Assembly (NCBI GenBank): GCA_973895155.1 | Contig: OZ316898.1 | Coordinates: forward strand, 2,641,927 to 2,705,926 | Length of the DNA: 64,000 nucleotides | DNA from: Marsupella aquatica | Lineage: Eukaryota; Plantae; Marchantiophyta | Direction of reading: 5' to 3' | Shown here: positions 12,700 through 26,700 of the stretch, piece after piece | How positions within the stretch are numbered: the first letter of the stretch is position 1 | Layout: each line of letters opens with the position of its first letter | Notes under the pieces: model-generated | The model's database searches: none | Told to the model about the DNA's origin: nothing | Seen by the model: only the letters and a program-made list of their open reading frames with translations | Program-made: the position numbers and the translations under genes

Positions 12700-13500
12700 A
12701 CTCGCTCCCCCTGAGCGAGTTGGACGGCCTGTAGAGCGACTCGGGTGGGGTGCCATGGGAGGGACTCGGGTGGGCGAGGCGCCGTGGGAGGGCGAGGTGC
12801 CATGGGAGAGACTTGGGTGGGCGAGGCGCCATGGGAGGGCGAGCTGCCGTGGGAGGCAAGGCGCCAATGGAGGCGCGGCGAGTTGGGAGGAGTGGCGAGG
12901 CGAGGCGCGGCGAGTTGGGAGGGACTCGCGTGAACTCGCTCCCCCTGTGCGAGTTGGGAGGCGTGCAGAGCGACTCGGGTGGGCGAGGTGCCGTGGGAGG
13001 GCAAGGCACGGCGAGGCACCATATATGGGAGGGCAAGACGAGGCGCCATGGGCGAGGGTGGGCAAGGCGCTGTGGGACGGCGAGGCAAGGATGGGCGAGG
13101 GTGGCCGAGGCGCCGTGGGAGGGCGAGGCGCCAGGGCCGAGGGTGGGCGAGGGTGGCAAGGCGTCGTGGGACGGCGAGGCAAGGATGGGCGGAGGGTGGC
13201 CGAGGCGCCGTGGGAGGGCGAGGCGAGGCGCCATGGGCGAGGATGGGCGAGGGTGGGTGAGGCGCCGTAGGAGGCTGTGGTGGGACGCGAGTTGGAGGGC
13301 CGTGGTGGGCGCGAGTTGAGAGGGCCGGGTTGGAGGGGGGCGCGAGTTTGAGAGGGAGGTGAGGTGGAGGCGTGAGCGAGTTGGGAGGGGGAGTGAGAGC
13401 GAGTGAGTTGAGAGGGAGGGAGAGACATGGGTGGCGCGCACCCGGGTGGGAGTCAAGTCGAGAGGGAGGCGAGCGGAGAGGCGAGGCCGCGCGAGTGCAG
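12700..13500. repeat. GC-rich minisatellite-like array (gggcgaggcgccgtggga units) inside the Helitron
   Basis: Many degenerate gggcgagg/cgccgtggga/cgccatggg units. The array generates long spurious ORFs in all frames. Confidence 0.85.
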
Positions 13501-14562
13501 GAGGGAGTCAACTCCGGGAGGCAGACGTCAGTTGGAGGCAGAGGTCAGTCAACCCCACTGCGGCAATGGGCGTGGCAGAGGGCGTTGAGCCCAAGATGCA
13601 CATCGGGCCTCACCGCTCTCTGCCACGCCCATTGTCTGACGCTCGCTCTCCGAACAATGGCCTTATTCAGTCCACGTCATTTTCCTCACAGCGGTTCAGT
13701 CCAGGCGTTCTGCCCTCAGTCATGGCCAAAGCCAACACGCACAACCTGACTGATGTGCAGCACATAAACCTCCCGGATGGCCAAACCCCGACGCATGACA
13801 CCCCAGGCCCCTCCCATTTGCCAGTGCGCTCCCCATTCCCTTTGTATTTTTGGGTTTGAGGCCAAAAATATGGGCGGCTAAAGTGGTCCGGGGGTCGCAG
13901 GACCCCAGAAACATATATAAGGAGGGTGTGTTCTTCTTGGAGGTCACGGGGAATAAATAATTACCACAGCTTGCGTGGTGGGTTTTGGTGACCAGTTTTT
14001 AGGAGGATGGCTTGGGTGACCATTCTATTGGGGGGATGGTGTGTTTAGGGTGACCACCATGGGTGATGGCTTGGGCATCTTTTGGGGGGATTTGGACTTC
14101 ATGGCAAGCACCATGGTTAATGGCTTTGGTGACCACTTTTTTTCCCGAATGGGTGACGGCCAAACCGTGGGCCATGAAGGGGGTGAGCCAAACCATGGGA
14201 TGGGTGACTGCTACACATGGGCCATTGGGTGTTGGCAAAACCATGGGTGACGGCCATAGAGTGGGTGATAACCGCCGCAAACAATAAGAATACCATAGGG
14301 GCAAGAGACATTCGGAAGCGCGATGATCGCCTTGAAGGCTGGGAGGGTGAGACGAGGGGTCACGGTAAGCAGTATCTGTCACGGATATTGGGTCACCATC
14401 AAAGTCTCAAGGGTTAGTCTCTTGCAACGGTGTGGCCCAGCGGGCGTTCAGTTTAATTAGTTAGGGGTCTGCCAAGCTTGAATGATTTGGGGTTTTCAAA
14501 ATACTCATCCGTTTTGTGGGTTGGATGCAGATGATTAAGGGGGTTGGAGTTTGCTGGGCAAC

Positions 14563-17365
14563 ATGAGAACTCCGGGGGAGAGATCGGAGGCCAATCGCAA
14601 ACGATATGCTAAGAACAAGGATGCCATAAATGCAAGGCGTCGCCAGTAGTACGCCCAACGACGATTGCAAGTGGTGGATGGTGTGCCCCAGGTCCATGCC
14701 TCACCTGAACAAAGTGTCTTGCCCAGTGTGGGGCCCTTGGTTCTCGAAGGTACTCCCACACCATGTGTGCCAACTGCGGTAGAAGAACCAAGGGCTGTTA
14801 GTGGGAGACAATTGCGACGGGAAGCAAGGGCTGTTCAAGGGCCATCAACAACATCATTGGGAAGGAGTGAGGAGACAACTTTGGGACCTACTGCAGTGCC
14901 TGGCCGTGCAAGTAGTGTGAGACAATTGCTTCGAGAAGCAAGAGTGATGCACCAGGCAGCGGCCAGAACCATTGCCATCACGGCCAATCGAGAGGGTGCC
15001 ATGAGTGCATCTGAGACCAACCACCATTTGGAGCAATATGTTCTTACCCCTCCATGTGAGCCTGTACCCAACAATGAGAGGAGAGATCCCAATGTCTTTG
15101 ATGAGGATTGGCTCATTCATGGTGCTTTACAGGATGGAGCTGACTTGATGTGTGTCATCCCTACCTGTGAAGCAATACCAAACAATGTACGAGCTGACCC
15201 TGACGCAATGGCTCTAAAAACGTTACACAACTACAATACTATGCATACTTGCTACACGCAAGGCGAGGTGATGATTGGTTGCTTCGTGGAGGGAGATTGC
15301 TAAAGCAATACATTGTGGACGTATATGCATGCATAGATGAAACACTACTGACCTATATTCGCAACAATCAAAAAAAGTTGCACACAGAACTATATCAAGG
15401 GCTTCAAGATGCAGTTCAAGACGGAGATGCACGTGCAAGTGATGTGGGTAGGATCTACATTTTGCCATCCTCATATGGGGGTAGTGCCCAGAATATGATT
15501 GATGCAGGCATACCAAGATGCCATGGCTGTTGTACGCATGTATGGTCCCCCTAACCTTTTTACCACATTTATGTGCAATCCTGAATGGCCAGAAGTCAGA
15601 GCGGAGTGCTACCCCTATCAGACTCCGGCCGATCGGGATGACATTGTTGCTCGAGTGTTCAAACTCAAGTTGAAGGCACTTTTGGCGGACATTTGTGCAG
15701 GGGTCTTAGGTAGACCTGTTGCCTCTATGTATGTCATCGAGTTTCAAAAGAGGGGTTTGCCGCATGCCCACATTTTGATCATATTGGTTGAATGCCATAA
15801 ACTACGCACGCCGAAGTTGGTGGACCAATTAGTTTCTACAGAGATACCGGATGTGAGGGTGTATCCACAATTATTTCAGACTATAACAAAATGCATGATG
15901 CATGGACCGTGTGGTCGGGGGTACCCCAACTCGCCTTGCATGGTTGACGGACAGTGTAGCAAGGGCTACCCTCAACCATTTTCAATTGAAACAGTTTTGG
16001 GGGATGATGGGTATCCCATGTATCGGCGTCAAGATGATGGGCGCAATTTTGCAAAGGACAGAAGCGGGTTTAAGTTTGATAATAGGTGGGTTGTTCCTCA
16101 TAGTCCATATTTGAGCATGAAATACAACGCTCATATTAACGTGGAGATATGTTGCTCTATCAAAGCCATTAAGTACTTATATAAGTACTACTACAAAGGG
16201 CATGATAAAGCAACAGTGGAGGTAGAGCAGCGTGATGAAATAAAAGAGCATTTAGATGCTAGGTATGTGTCCGCTGCAGAAGGAGTATGGCGGATTAATC
16301 AGTTTGAAATGTCGGAGAGTAGTACTTCGGTGCAACAGCTCCAGGTGCATTGCGAGGGGGAGCAATCAATTATGTTTCATGAAGATTCTGAGATCATTGA
16401 TGTGGTCCAACAAGAATCTCAAAGGGATACAACTCTAACTGGGTGGTTCAAAGCAAATGCTTTGCACGAACACGCAAGGCAGATTTTGTATACAAACTTC
16501 CCTCATGACTTTGTATGGAATCCGACAATACGTGCATGGACTCCTCAAAGAAGCCAGGGGTTTAGCATATATTGGAAGGATGTATTTTGTGCCACCTGCT
16601 GCGGGGGAACAATACTACTTGCGAGCACTTCTACTTCATGTCAAAGGTGCAACATCATTCGTTGACCTTAGGACTTTTGAGGGCATTGTATACCCAACTT
16701 TTCAGGCAACGGCTCTTGCTCGGGGTTTGTATGAGAATGATGAAGAATGGGATAGATGTCTTCAAGAAGCGGCCAGTATGCAGATGGGCGCACAACTTTG
16801 ACAACTATTCATCACAATCATGTTATTTGGAGGTGTTGCTAGACCGTGTGACCTATGGACCCAACATGCATCGAATTTGAGCGATGATTGTTGTTATCGT
16901 CTGCGCTCAATGGGTTTTTTGATCCCACTGAGGAGCAACAACAGAGCTTTGCCCTATATTTGATCGATGAGGCTTTGAAAAGTATTGGTAAAACATTGTT
17001 GGGGTTTGGTCTTCTGGTTCCAAGTATGCAATTTTTTGAAGAACCGGAAAATAGGAATCGCTTGATACGGGAGGAGACATGCTACCCGATTGATGTACTT
17101 CTTCAACAACTTGCAGAACAAGAGCCGGTGTTAAACGATGGCCAAAGGGCAGCCTACACTGCAATACTTGCAGCAGTGAGGGCTCGAGATGGAGGAACAT
17201 TTTTTGTTGATTGGCCAGGGGGACAGGCAAAACATTTGTGGAGAATATTCTATTGAGGAGAGTGCGTGCTGATGGAGATGGGGCATTGGGTGTGGCTTCC
17301 TCGGGTATTGCAGATCTTTTGTTAGATGGAGGGCGCACTGCCCACTCACGATTCAAGCTTCCGTT
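14563..17365 (+). pseudogene. Helitron Rep-helicase pseudogene (HUH Rep plus the start of a PIF1-like helicase)
   Basis: PNLFTTFMCNPEWPE, VIEFQKRGLPHAHIL (HUH), KYLYKYYYKG, CMMHGPCG, DNRWVVPHS. Helicase DWPGG/TGKTF and GGRTAHSRFKLP. Several frameshifts; truncated at about 17365. Confidence 0.93.
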
Positions 17366-19210
17366 GAAACCGATCTCAACATCAAGTAGGGTGCCTTTTG
17401 GGGAGATCCCTATGCCCGATCTCCCGGTAATCCACTTTGGCGAATTTGATATGGAAGGAGAGAGCATAGTAACAACAGTGGATGCTAGCAGGGGGGACTT
17501 GGAATCTCCCAAGGTGTCTTCTATTTCACATGGAGAGGAAGTCGGATGTGCTCAACCAACTCCTGGCACAAGAGCACCAACTCCCTCATAGAGGATAGAG
17601 CAGATATGCCTACTAGGGTTTATGTTTTATGATAGTCGTAGTTAAGCTTTGGTGGAGCTTTTTGAGCGGATGTACTTTGTATACAAGGCATTCTATGAGA
17701 ACTACTGTTAAATTTATGTCTCTGCAATTTTGTCACGCAAATCGATTGAATGAGTGTGTACTACTTATTTTGGATGATGAAACCATGATGAATGAAATCA
17801 TGTGAATGATTCATGTTCTCCTGGTTCATTTACAATTGAGGCCACATGTTTTGTAATACTTTGTGTGAGCCATGAAACATTGGAAAAGAACACCCCTGTC
17901 CCATTTATCTACAAAACATCCCTTTCTCGTACACGGTGAGTTTCAAGAAGTAATGGTGCATGAAACCATGCAGCATGGAGGTATTCATTGAGCATTTCAA
18001 TTGAGCAAAATGTGTGTGAGCACACGGCAGCAAGTACATGAAGAAATTGACATTTAGCTTGCTTAAAGGATGGAAACCTATTTAAGTTCGACTAGTACTC
18101 TACAGTGAGAGTGAGCTACGGGCTAACAGAATTTGGGACAGTGAAACTGGCTGCTTCTATAATGCCCATCATTCGCTGAAAGTGTTCAGGGGAAGGATTC
18201 TATCGAATAAGTTGTTGGAGCAACACTGTGGATCATTGCTGAGCTTTGATTATAGCCAGCTGATGTTTGAGATCTATTCTTTCTCGCTTCTCTTCTAACA
18301 CGATTTCGGACCGACCGAGAAGTGTGTCGGAGTTCTCGTTTAGCCCGATCCCATTTTTTTTCTAAGGCAATGCAATGACCAATAAAACTGGCAAAAACTC
18401 TCCGAAACGCCACTTTCCTCCATTGCATCGCCGTGGGAATGCAGGGAGCGATACGTGCATTGGGTTTTACATTCCGTCAGTGAAAAAGTCCGAACGGCGA
18501 GTAACTTGGTCCAAACCACGTAATCCAGGAACGACCACGCACTAACCCAGGTAAAGGGGAAACTTAACCATGGTTAAGGGGAAATTAACCATGGTTTAGA
18601 GCGTCTCCTATATAAAGAGGAGCGGGCTGCCCATAAAACGTTTGCTTTCGCCAGAGCAAATATCTCCTGACTGAGAGTGAATACCAAACTCCCATCGAGT
18701 CTTACATTCCTCCCAAGCGATTCGACTCTTTCTACCGAAAACCCGATAAATTTATCGGAACAGCCATTCCTGTTCAAGTTCTCCATGTAAGACTAACTAG
18801 TCATTTAGTGTAAAATGTCCAGATCCGAGCGGACTGTGATAAATTTATCGCATTTTTGCATTCCTCTGTTGCAATCATTTGATCCAGTGTTTAGAGAGGT
18901 GTTGCCTTCATTCCGATAAATTTATCGGAGTCTTCATTCCTTTCATGGAAAGAGGAGTAATTGAGAATCCGATAAATTTATCGGAGTTGTCATTTTTGTG
19001 AAAGATTGAATTCAGGGCTTAGGTGTCTGAGGAAGTCATATTTTCAATTTGAATGCAGAGTGCGATAAACTTATCGCATCCTCCTGTGAGAATCATTTTC
19101 CTTTGTTTTGTTTGGAGACTCATCTTCATCTCTGATGTCGCAGTGTTGCCGGGTTTAGGAGGCACAACGGAAGGTCGATTGCACTCCGTGGACAACAAGT
19201 ATTGTGACAA

Positions 19211-19540
19211 ATGGCTGTCTTCCTTGAAAATCGTGTCAAACGTGCACGCCGGTTGTACAAGAGACTCGTGCGACTCAAAGTTCTCCCCATCGGTATAGGA
19301 GCATTGTGGATGGGTGGTACTGATCCTGGAGATAGGCAGAATCCTCTCCGCATTGAATTCTGCGGAATGAATGATGCAGGAGTTCCAATTCGTTCGAGGT
19401 TGATGTTAACGGCGTGTTTACATTCTTTGGAGTTTTCTTGTAACTATTGTTGTTGTCGTCTTGACAACAAGTACCACAAACAGACTCACTTATGTTGTAA
19501 GATTTGGAACAAAGACCCTTGGGTGAACCTTTCACGATGA
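19211..19540 (+). CDS. Orphan 109-aa basic, Cys-rich protein
   Basis: ATG-initiated intronless ORF downstream of the palindromes. No family recognised. Confidence 0.35.
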   Translation: MAVFLENRVKRARRLYKRLVRLKVLPIGIGALWMGGTDPGDRQNPLRIEFCGMNDAGVPIRSRLMLTACLHSLEFSCNYCCCRLDNKYHKQTHLCCKIWNKDPWVNLSR

Positions 19541-19734
19541 GTATTTCGACCTTTTCATTGAGGCGCGTCTTGTAAGGACATAATTAAATAAACAAGTCCT
19601 ACCCTTGCGCAGCGAATATAATACGTCACGAGTCCTAATCGTTAAACTGTCGTGCAAGGTTGGTATTGTGGATGTGTTTGGTTACACCTGGTGATTGAAG
19701 GTATTTTTATTGGTGGTTTTGGTAGCTTTGCTTC

Positions 19735-20283
19735 ATGGCTGCATCGGAGAATCTAATCGTTGCAAAGATGGGATCCGTTTTAGCCCACGAGCGTAGGAAA
19801 TATATTCGAGGAAAAGTGCCCGGTGTGGAATGCGGAAGTTTGTTGAATGGACTTCCCGATCAACTCGTTGAATCTCACATTTGGCCCCTCCTAGCCTTGT
19901 CTTGCACACAAGATGAACACCTTGGCCTTGACCTAAAACTTCTACCAGAAGAACGACTGACTCAAATGAGAACAATCATTTGTCTTGGAGCCACCTCAAA
20001 GAAATGGAACCATCTTGTTGTTGGTACACGATTTTGGGCGCTATTGAAATATGCAGTCCGTGAGATCAATGACATAAACAAAATGCTCGCAAGCATTCCT
20101 AATGCCGACCTTCTCTCAAACATACATATTGCTAGGGTCTTCTGAGAGGAAACTCATTTCCTCCCTCCCATAGATATGCTTGGGTGCTTTTCGTATGAGC
20201 AGTTAGATCAGTTTCGTAGAGTTTGGATAAATCTTGGAGAAAGCGGGAAACGGACAATTCTTGCATGGCATGGACGAGTCTGA
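19735..20283 (+). pseudogene. F-box-like protein with one in-frame TGA at 20143-20145
   Basis: GSLLNGLPDQLVESHIWPLL...ICLGATSKKWNHLV is an F-box pattern. The frame continues EETHFLPPIDMLGCF... to TGA 20281-20283. Confidence 0.6.
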
Positions 20284-20598
20284 GTGGATGAGGCATTGCT
20301 GCGAACATCCGATAAATTTATCGCACTCCTCATTCCTCTAGTCAATTTTGGGTGCTCTAAGGTTTGCTCGAGAAGAGCTTGTAAAGAAACACTTTGAATG
20401 TAATTGACTTTGCCTCCCCTGACTTTGGGTTGTGTGGTCCAGAGTGTATTTGTTTGCGCCTCTTTGGACGATTAGCTGACAAGTGCATTGGCTTCACAGC
20501 CCGTTATACAAGGTACTGTAAAGTTGGATGAAACTTGTAGAATTGTAATTAGTATGTTCTCCAAAATTTATTCCTGATTTCTATTCGGTGATCAGGCC

Positions 20599-21302
20599 AT
20601 GCTCGAGCGACGCATTTTTGTACCCTACCCGGATCCTCCAGAATGGGGGAATGGAGCCATGCTGGACCAGCTAAGGAGGCTGGATGAGTCACTAATTTTA
20701 AAGATATGCAGGCTGGTAGTAAAACCGTTTTACCATAACGCATTTCACTTCTACGTAGATCAGGTAGGGGGAGAAATTTATATTCGGTGGGATAGATATG
20801 TTGGATTTTCTAGAAGAGTTATCCTACTCTTTCTGAAAACCGGTGCAGTAAGACGTTTTATACTCCACTGCTGTCATGTTGTGAAGGGCAATCCTGCTTA
20901 TGAGCCAGAATTCTATGCCGACAATAGACGTAGAGCATTCGATGAGATTCAGGATGTGATTGACGAGCTGGACAATCCTCTTGCCACCAAGTTTTTTATT
21001 GACACTGGTGGGAAACTATATTCATACAAGATTCATCAACTCCCCCCCAACCAGTCTGTGCGCTCTTTAACTTTATCTATGTAAGTTGCCTGTGGACGAA
21101 CGTCCTTGCCAATGGTGAGATCTGTCCATGCTGCACAAATGCTTGTTGTGACATTCCGTCACGCCGGTATTCAGTAGCAGTAGTGAATCCTGAGACTGGT
21201 GAAGTTGATTTCCATTGGCTGTGGGCTTATGATCATCGCGTCACTCATATTCCCCAATGGCCCAAGAAGCGGATCGAACGCTTCGCTCTGGCGAGGTTCA
21301 AC
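20599..21302 (+). pseudogene. Orphan ORF, probably frameshifted in a poly-C run (about 21042-21048) and cut by the CACTA at 21303
   Basis: 161-aa ORF plus an overlapping open frame (QPVCALFNFIYVSCLW..CPCCTNACCD..HWLWAYDHR..ARFN) running exactly to the CACTA junction. Confidence 0.45.
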
Positions 21303-22958
21303 CACTACAACACTATTGGCCGGTTTTGCGAAGACAATCTCATCGCAACTAACAAGCCCCTGATTTTCATCATTCTGGCCATTGCAAACATACGCGCATT
21401 GCACCACCTTCGCACTTTGTGAACCTAATAACTTCGCACGCGGACCATCGCAACGGCATCGCAACACCATGGCAAACTGCGAAGCTGAGAGGTTCGCAAG
21501 ATTCAATACTTGTGCGATCCATTATACGTCGCATAAGGTTTGCAAACATACACGCACACGTCCCGCGCGGGCGTCGATATTTGAGAAGGATTTACCATCG
21601 CATCATATTTGCGAAAGATACTGGTTCAATTGTTTTCATGGGGATTGTATGACAAAGAGCGATACCGGTGATTTCAGAAGTTTGTGAACGGTTTTGATTA
21701 GGAAAGTGCGATCCTAGAAGTATCACAAAAACCCGACATATTTGGATGTGAAATTCTGAAGTGAATTGACTCAAAAAGTGCGACGCCTTGGGGTTTATAT
21801 TGTGCGGAGGGAATGAGTTCTTAAAGGGTTTGCAAAATTATGATCACAGAGGATTCAATACATTATTTGCGAGGGGTTTTCCTTGGGACCCAATGTGGAA
21901 GGCAAAATTGTTGTTTTATAAAATGGAAAAGCATGAACAAAATGATAGGGCTTCAAAGAACCCTATACATGGACAAGAGGGGGGAAATATCTGATGCTAG
22001 GTCCGCCCTTCTAAACCTATGCTGCCTCTTCCTACCCTAAGCTCCGGCATGACAAGTCACTCTCATGCATGTATCTCTACAAAATAACTAGAATGGGCTC
22101 TTGCGGCTCCTCTTGGTTGGCTTCTTGGCTGGCTTCTTGCCCTTATCCTTCCGGGGATCCTGTTGGTGACGGGTGCGTGATGGCCGTCGGCGCTCCTGCT
22201 CCTGCTGCTCCTTTGGCTCCTCTTGCCCCTCCTGCTCCTCCTCCTCATCCTCAGGGTCCTCCTCCCCCTGGTCATCAACGTGTGTTGATGACACACGACT
22301 ACCACCACTACCACGGTGGGAAGAACCTACCTCACGACTACTCCCCCCCCGAGCACCACTAGTACCAGGAGTAGCCCCCTCATCATCATCACTACTGCTC
22401 ACATCAGCACCCGACCCCTCAGGCTCATTCGAATCCTGCATCCATTACATATCATTAGTTTCCGCAAGACATAAAGGGTCACTCACAATGTTCGCATGCT
22501 AATCATATGGTTCACACTTAGACACTTACAATAGCCAACTCGGCATCTACCATCGCAAAGAGGTACTTTCGTCCATGCTGTATCGCCACCTCAATATGCT
22601 TTTTTGATATTTTCCTTTTGTACCTCCGATACTACCATGCATAAAACCAATTAAAATTGGTTAAATTTGCCCTTAAGCATACCCTATATATAGCCACAAG
22701 TGACGCCTAAATCCTCAACTACTAAACACGACCCAAAAAAAAATTTAAAATTCAAATTTGCGAACCTATAAGCATGACAACTTGCGAACCACATTTTTTG
22801 CGAAGGCATTGCGATGGAGTTTGCGATGCACATTTGTTCGCAAAGGCATCGGAAAATTGAAATGGAAAAAGTCCATGATAGACTTTGCGAGGGGTTTGCG
22901 AATAAATGCGCATCGCAACACCTTCGCAAACTGTGTTCCCGAGAGTTTTTAAAAATTT
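21303..22958 (-). mobile_element. CACTA element A, deletion derivative or terminus, interrupted by CACTA B
   Basis: CACTACAACA terminus at 21303. Dense ttcgca/tgcga subterminal repeats at 21320-21790 and 22760-22930. Minus-strand acidic/basic exon at 22088-22435 ending KKPTKRSRKSPF*. Confidence 0.7.
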
Positions 22959-23779
22959 CACTAGTAGAAACCGGGGGGTATTTAGACCCCATTAAATGAC
23001 TATTCAGTACCGTATAGGACTTGGAAACGACTGGGAAGGACTCTAGTCCTTTATAGGACTGCGAGTCATATGTTTTGTTACTATAATCAACTGAGTCCTT
23101 TATAGAACTGGTTTATAAGTCGTTTAATAGACTGGATTTTCAGTCTATTTTAGTCTTTGTGTGGGTAGCTTTGGTGAGTCGTTTTCAGTCTTTTATGGGC
23201 TGCGATGATGAGTCGTTGGGAACGACTAAAAAGGTTATGGAGGGTAGTCTTTAAATATGCTTTGTGGGGTATGTATAAGTCTTTCATGTCAACTGGATAT
23301 GAGTGATGAAGACCCCACTATACTACTTGGAATGAACCCACTCTTGTGCACAAATAACATATTGCATTCATGTTTTATTGTGTACTTGGAATGAACTCAC
23401 TCTATAAGTTCACCATTCATCATGTTAACATTAGAATACATAGTTTCAGAAAACCATCTTCTATACCATGTACACTAATATGAATTCACAGATTCAAACA
23501 GACTACAAAGAAGGTCACAAAGTATTCCTCTATACCATACACACTAATACTGAAATGATAAAATAGATTCAAGTATCATAGACAATCACCATAGAGCCAT
23601 AGTTTGACATCAATCACTTGTTTCATACATACAGAATTCAGAAATATCAATGTCACACACAACGTCTCCTTCATCCTCTTTACCAAATGGAAAAATTGGT
23701 ACAGATATTTCTTGGATCTTTCCAAGGCAATGTCAAAATGTGACACAATTCACATGATGCTATCTACACTTGCATTCAG

Positions 23780-26700
23780 TCACTGCAGACTAACACACTC
23801 TGATGGCCAGAGCACAAGAGATCCTACTGCATCTGCAATTATTTCCTGAGGTGGATCATCGTCTCTATTCGGAAATGGCAAATTACAATCAGATACAATC
23901 ACTGTAGTCAACAACACTACTACATGGTCATCCGGGACCACTTTGCCATGGAATTTTGCATGATCCGGTCGCAAAATGCCTGTACCCACACATACCTGCG
24001 AGTCATCCTCCCATGATAGAAGATTATGGACTGGCTCTGCTGTGGCTATCACCTCCACCTTACCCTCTCTGTTTTTCTTGGCTTTCCTGGGTGGCTTATA
24101 CATGACATTATTCATACCTTGGTTGCGAGTCATGACTTTGGCACGAGTGTTTTGTGCTGGTGATCGAGAATTGGCTACACTCTTCTTCAAAGAATCTGCA
24201 TCCATATTTGACACTTCTGATTGTGTAGCAGGATTTCCCTGCGACATCATCTCAGTATCTGCCAACATTGTACTTGCTTCAATTGAAGCATCTATAATCT
24301 TACTTGCATCCAATGTTGCTCCCAAGTTTCGACGTCGCTTCACCCTACTCCCACTTGGTTGAGAGTCTGTCAACTCTGCATCAACTACAATTCAGTGTCA
24401 TGTCCAACATAAGTCAATCACTCATCACATGTGCTAAATGTACATGTCACCAACCACAAAGTTGTCACTATCTCCTTACCATTATGAACAGCCTTCTTCC
24501 CCTTCTTTGCCATTGCCATATGCTCCATGTCTGCTTCTGTTGATCAATAAACACACCACAACATTCAGGTTGAATCTATTAACCACTGAATTGTTGCTCA
24601 ACATTCATATAGAGGAATTTAAAGCATCAGCTTACCTGATACCTCCTTGGCTATGGTCACTGAGGCACTGAGCACATCTTCTTCATTATTGCTCTTTGAA
24701 TCACCTGATACATCAATCATGATGTCACTTCAGATCCCAGTTCATCCAACCAGTTCTTACAGAAAAGATTACCTCCAACCGGCTTAAGCTTCACAAAACT
24801 CCATGCACTTTTCAAATGTAATGTACTGGATCATAGCAGGTTACCTGTCTCAGCAACCTTCTTGCCCTTCTGCTTACTGATTATAGGGTCCTTCTCTGCC
24901 TCCACTCTTCCTGCATTCAAACCATTCACTCAATTCATGAAAACTTACTTCTAACATTTGAACATAGGACACAATGAACAATGGGCCGGTGTCATTTCCA
25001 TACCTGTGTCAGATTTGCCAATTCCCTTTTTTGTTAACAAGGGCACACTTTGTACAATGTTGCCCTCATTGTTTGGTTGGGAACCACCCAATTTTTCAAT
25101 CACAAGCTTGAAATTAGATTCCACTGATGCAAGAAGGTTCGCTATAGATGCCTCCACAATATCCAAACGATCAGCCAATTTACTTTCCACTCGAGGGAGT
25201 CCACACTCTAATGACTTCAACCGTTCACACATCTCTGTGAGAGTTGTAACAGTTCCCTGTCATAACACAGCTTACATATCTCAGATAACTGTCCCCAAGA
25301 ACTGGTTGCTTACTTCCTACTACATTTCTTTCTGATGCTCAAGGCCAAATAGTCACAGAACATACAGAATTACAACATAATCACCTGTTTGGAAGTTACA
25401 CTTGTCACCTCACTCCTTTGTTTCATGAACTCCTCTCTCACTTCTTGTGCTGATGGTTCTTCACCTATCAATTTCTTCTGCAGTCCACATCAACATACAT
25501 ATGAATGAAACCAAGTGTTGATTGTCAATGAAAATGTAATAATGGTAGCAAGATGATAAGTTTGAGGCTTACTATCAGGCATGTCACTGCCTTACCAATT
25601 GTTCTTTCACTGGAGCATAACTTCCTCTCCCAGCCTGTGAAAGGTGTTTCACTTTGCCTCGAGCATTTGACATCAGTTCACTCTTGCTCTGTCCAGCCTC
25701 CGACATGAACCATTTGATTAACCGTGTCCATTGATCCAGTTCCAATGATGGGGGTGGTGGCATTCTCCTGTTAGAACCATTGTCTATCCACATCCTTTTC
25801 AACCTATGCCTCTCTTGTTTCAAAATCCTCATTGCATAATCTGATATGCAATCTTCAACTGGGCCCTTACCATCATTACCAACATACTCCCACCGTTCAA
25901 GAATGTCCTTGCAGATAGCAGCCCAATCAGCTTTGTTCTGACTCCTAAACTCTGTAATGCTCAAATCTAACCAACGCAATACTTCTCCTCTTAGGTCAGA
26001 ATGCCAACGGTTCTTACCATCACATGTGGGAGTTATCCAACCTTCGGAATTCACTTCTACTTTACCAAATTTGTTACTGTCTCCTACCTTGGTACTCCCT
26101 GAAGCGCTACTAGGTGTCCCTCCACGGCCTGGTGTCCCCCCACGGCCTGGGGTCCCTCCACGGCCTGATCTCCCCCCACGGCCTGGATTGCATTGTCCAA
26201 ACCTCCCTGGAGTCCCTGCACATTTACAGGATCCATTTACAGTCACTTACATTAGGTAAGTATGAATCATAAATCCCGCTGCCAAATATACAGTGGACTT
26301 CAGAGCAATTCTGCAATGACCAAGTTACCTCTCCCTTGGCGCATAGATGGTTCTGGACCACCTGTCCTATTGCTTTGTCTTGATGAATTAGGGGCGTTTC
26401 TCCCGCCTGTGAATGATTGCCTCCTATCTGAACGTGGATGGCCTTTGTTGTTTTCGTGATTGTCCCAATCAGAGTCTGCATACCAACAGGTACATGCCAC
26501 ACTCATGGACCTGTAAGATAAACTCTTTGCCCTAGCTACACATAAGATAAGTGCATATTGAGCTAAATCTCTACTACCATCACAAAATCACTAGCACAAG
26601 GCACTTACTTGTCCAATCATCCTCCTCACCTTTCCATTGCCCTCTGTACCCGTCTCTACCACGCTCTGGGTGTTCATATTCATCCCATCCATCTTCTGCT

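Larger units (their letters stand above)
12321..17365 (+). mobile_element. Decayed autonomous Helitron, 5' part; 3' end not found
   Basis: gctga|TCTAACTACTATAATATAC 5' end at an A|T site whose empty version is seen at about 2308-2320. Followed by GC-rich repeats and RepHel coding remnants. Confidence 0.8.
18743..20323. promoter_or_regulatory. Dispersed array of the palindrome CCGATAAATTTATCGG
   Basis: Perfect copies at 18743, 18913 and 18969; variants at 18838, 19061 and 20310, often followed by cattcct. Related copies at 36973, about 37045, 37171 and 38497-38707. Function is inferred. Confidence 0.6.

Noticed and set aside
12449-13859. Many long overlapping Pro/Arg/Gly-rich ORFs
   Set aside because: Artefact of a GC-rich tandem array lacking stop codons; no domain signal.
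22069-22362. Plus-strand Pro/His-rich extensin-like ORF
   Set aside because: It is the antisense shadow of the acidic minus-strand CACTA exon, which has splice signals and a homolog at 63253.
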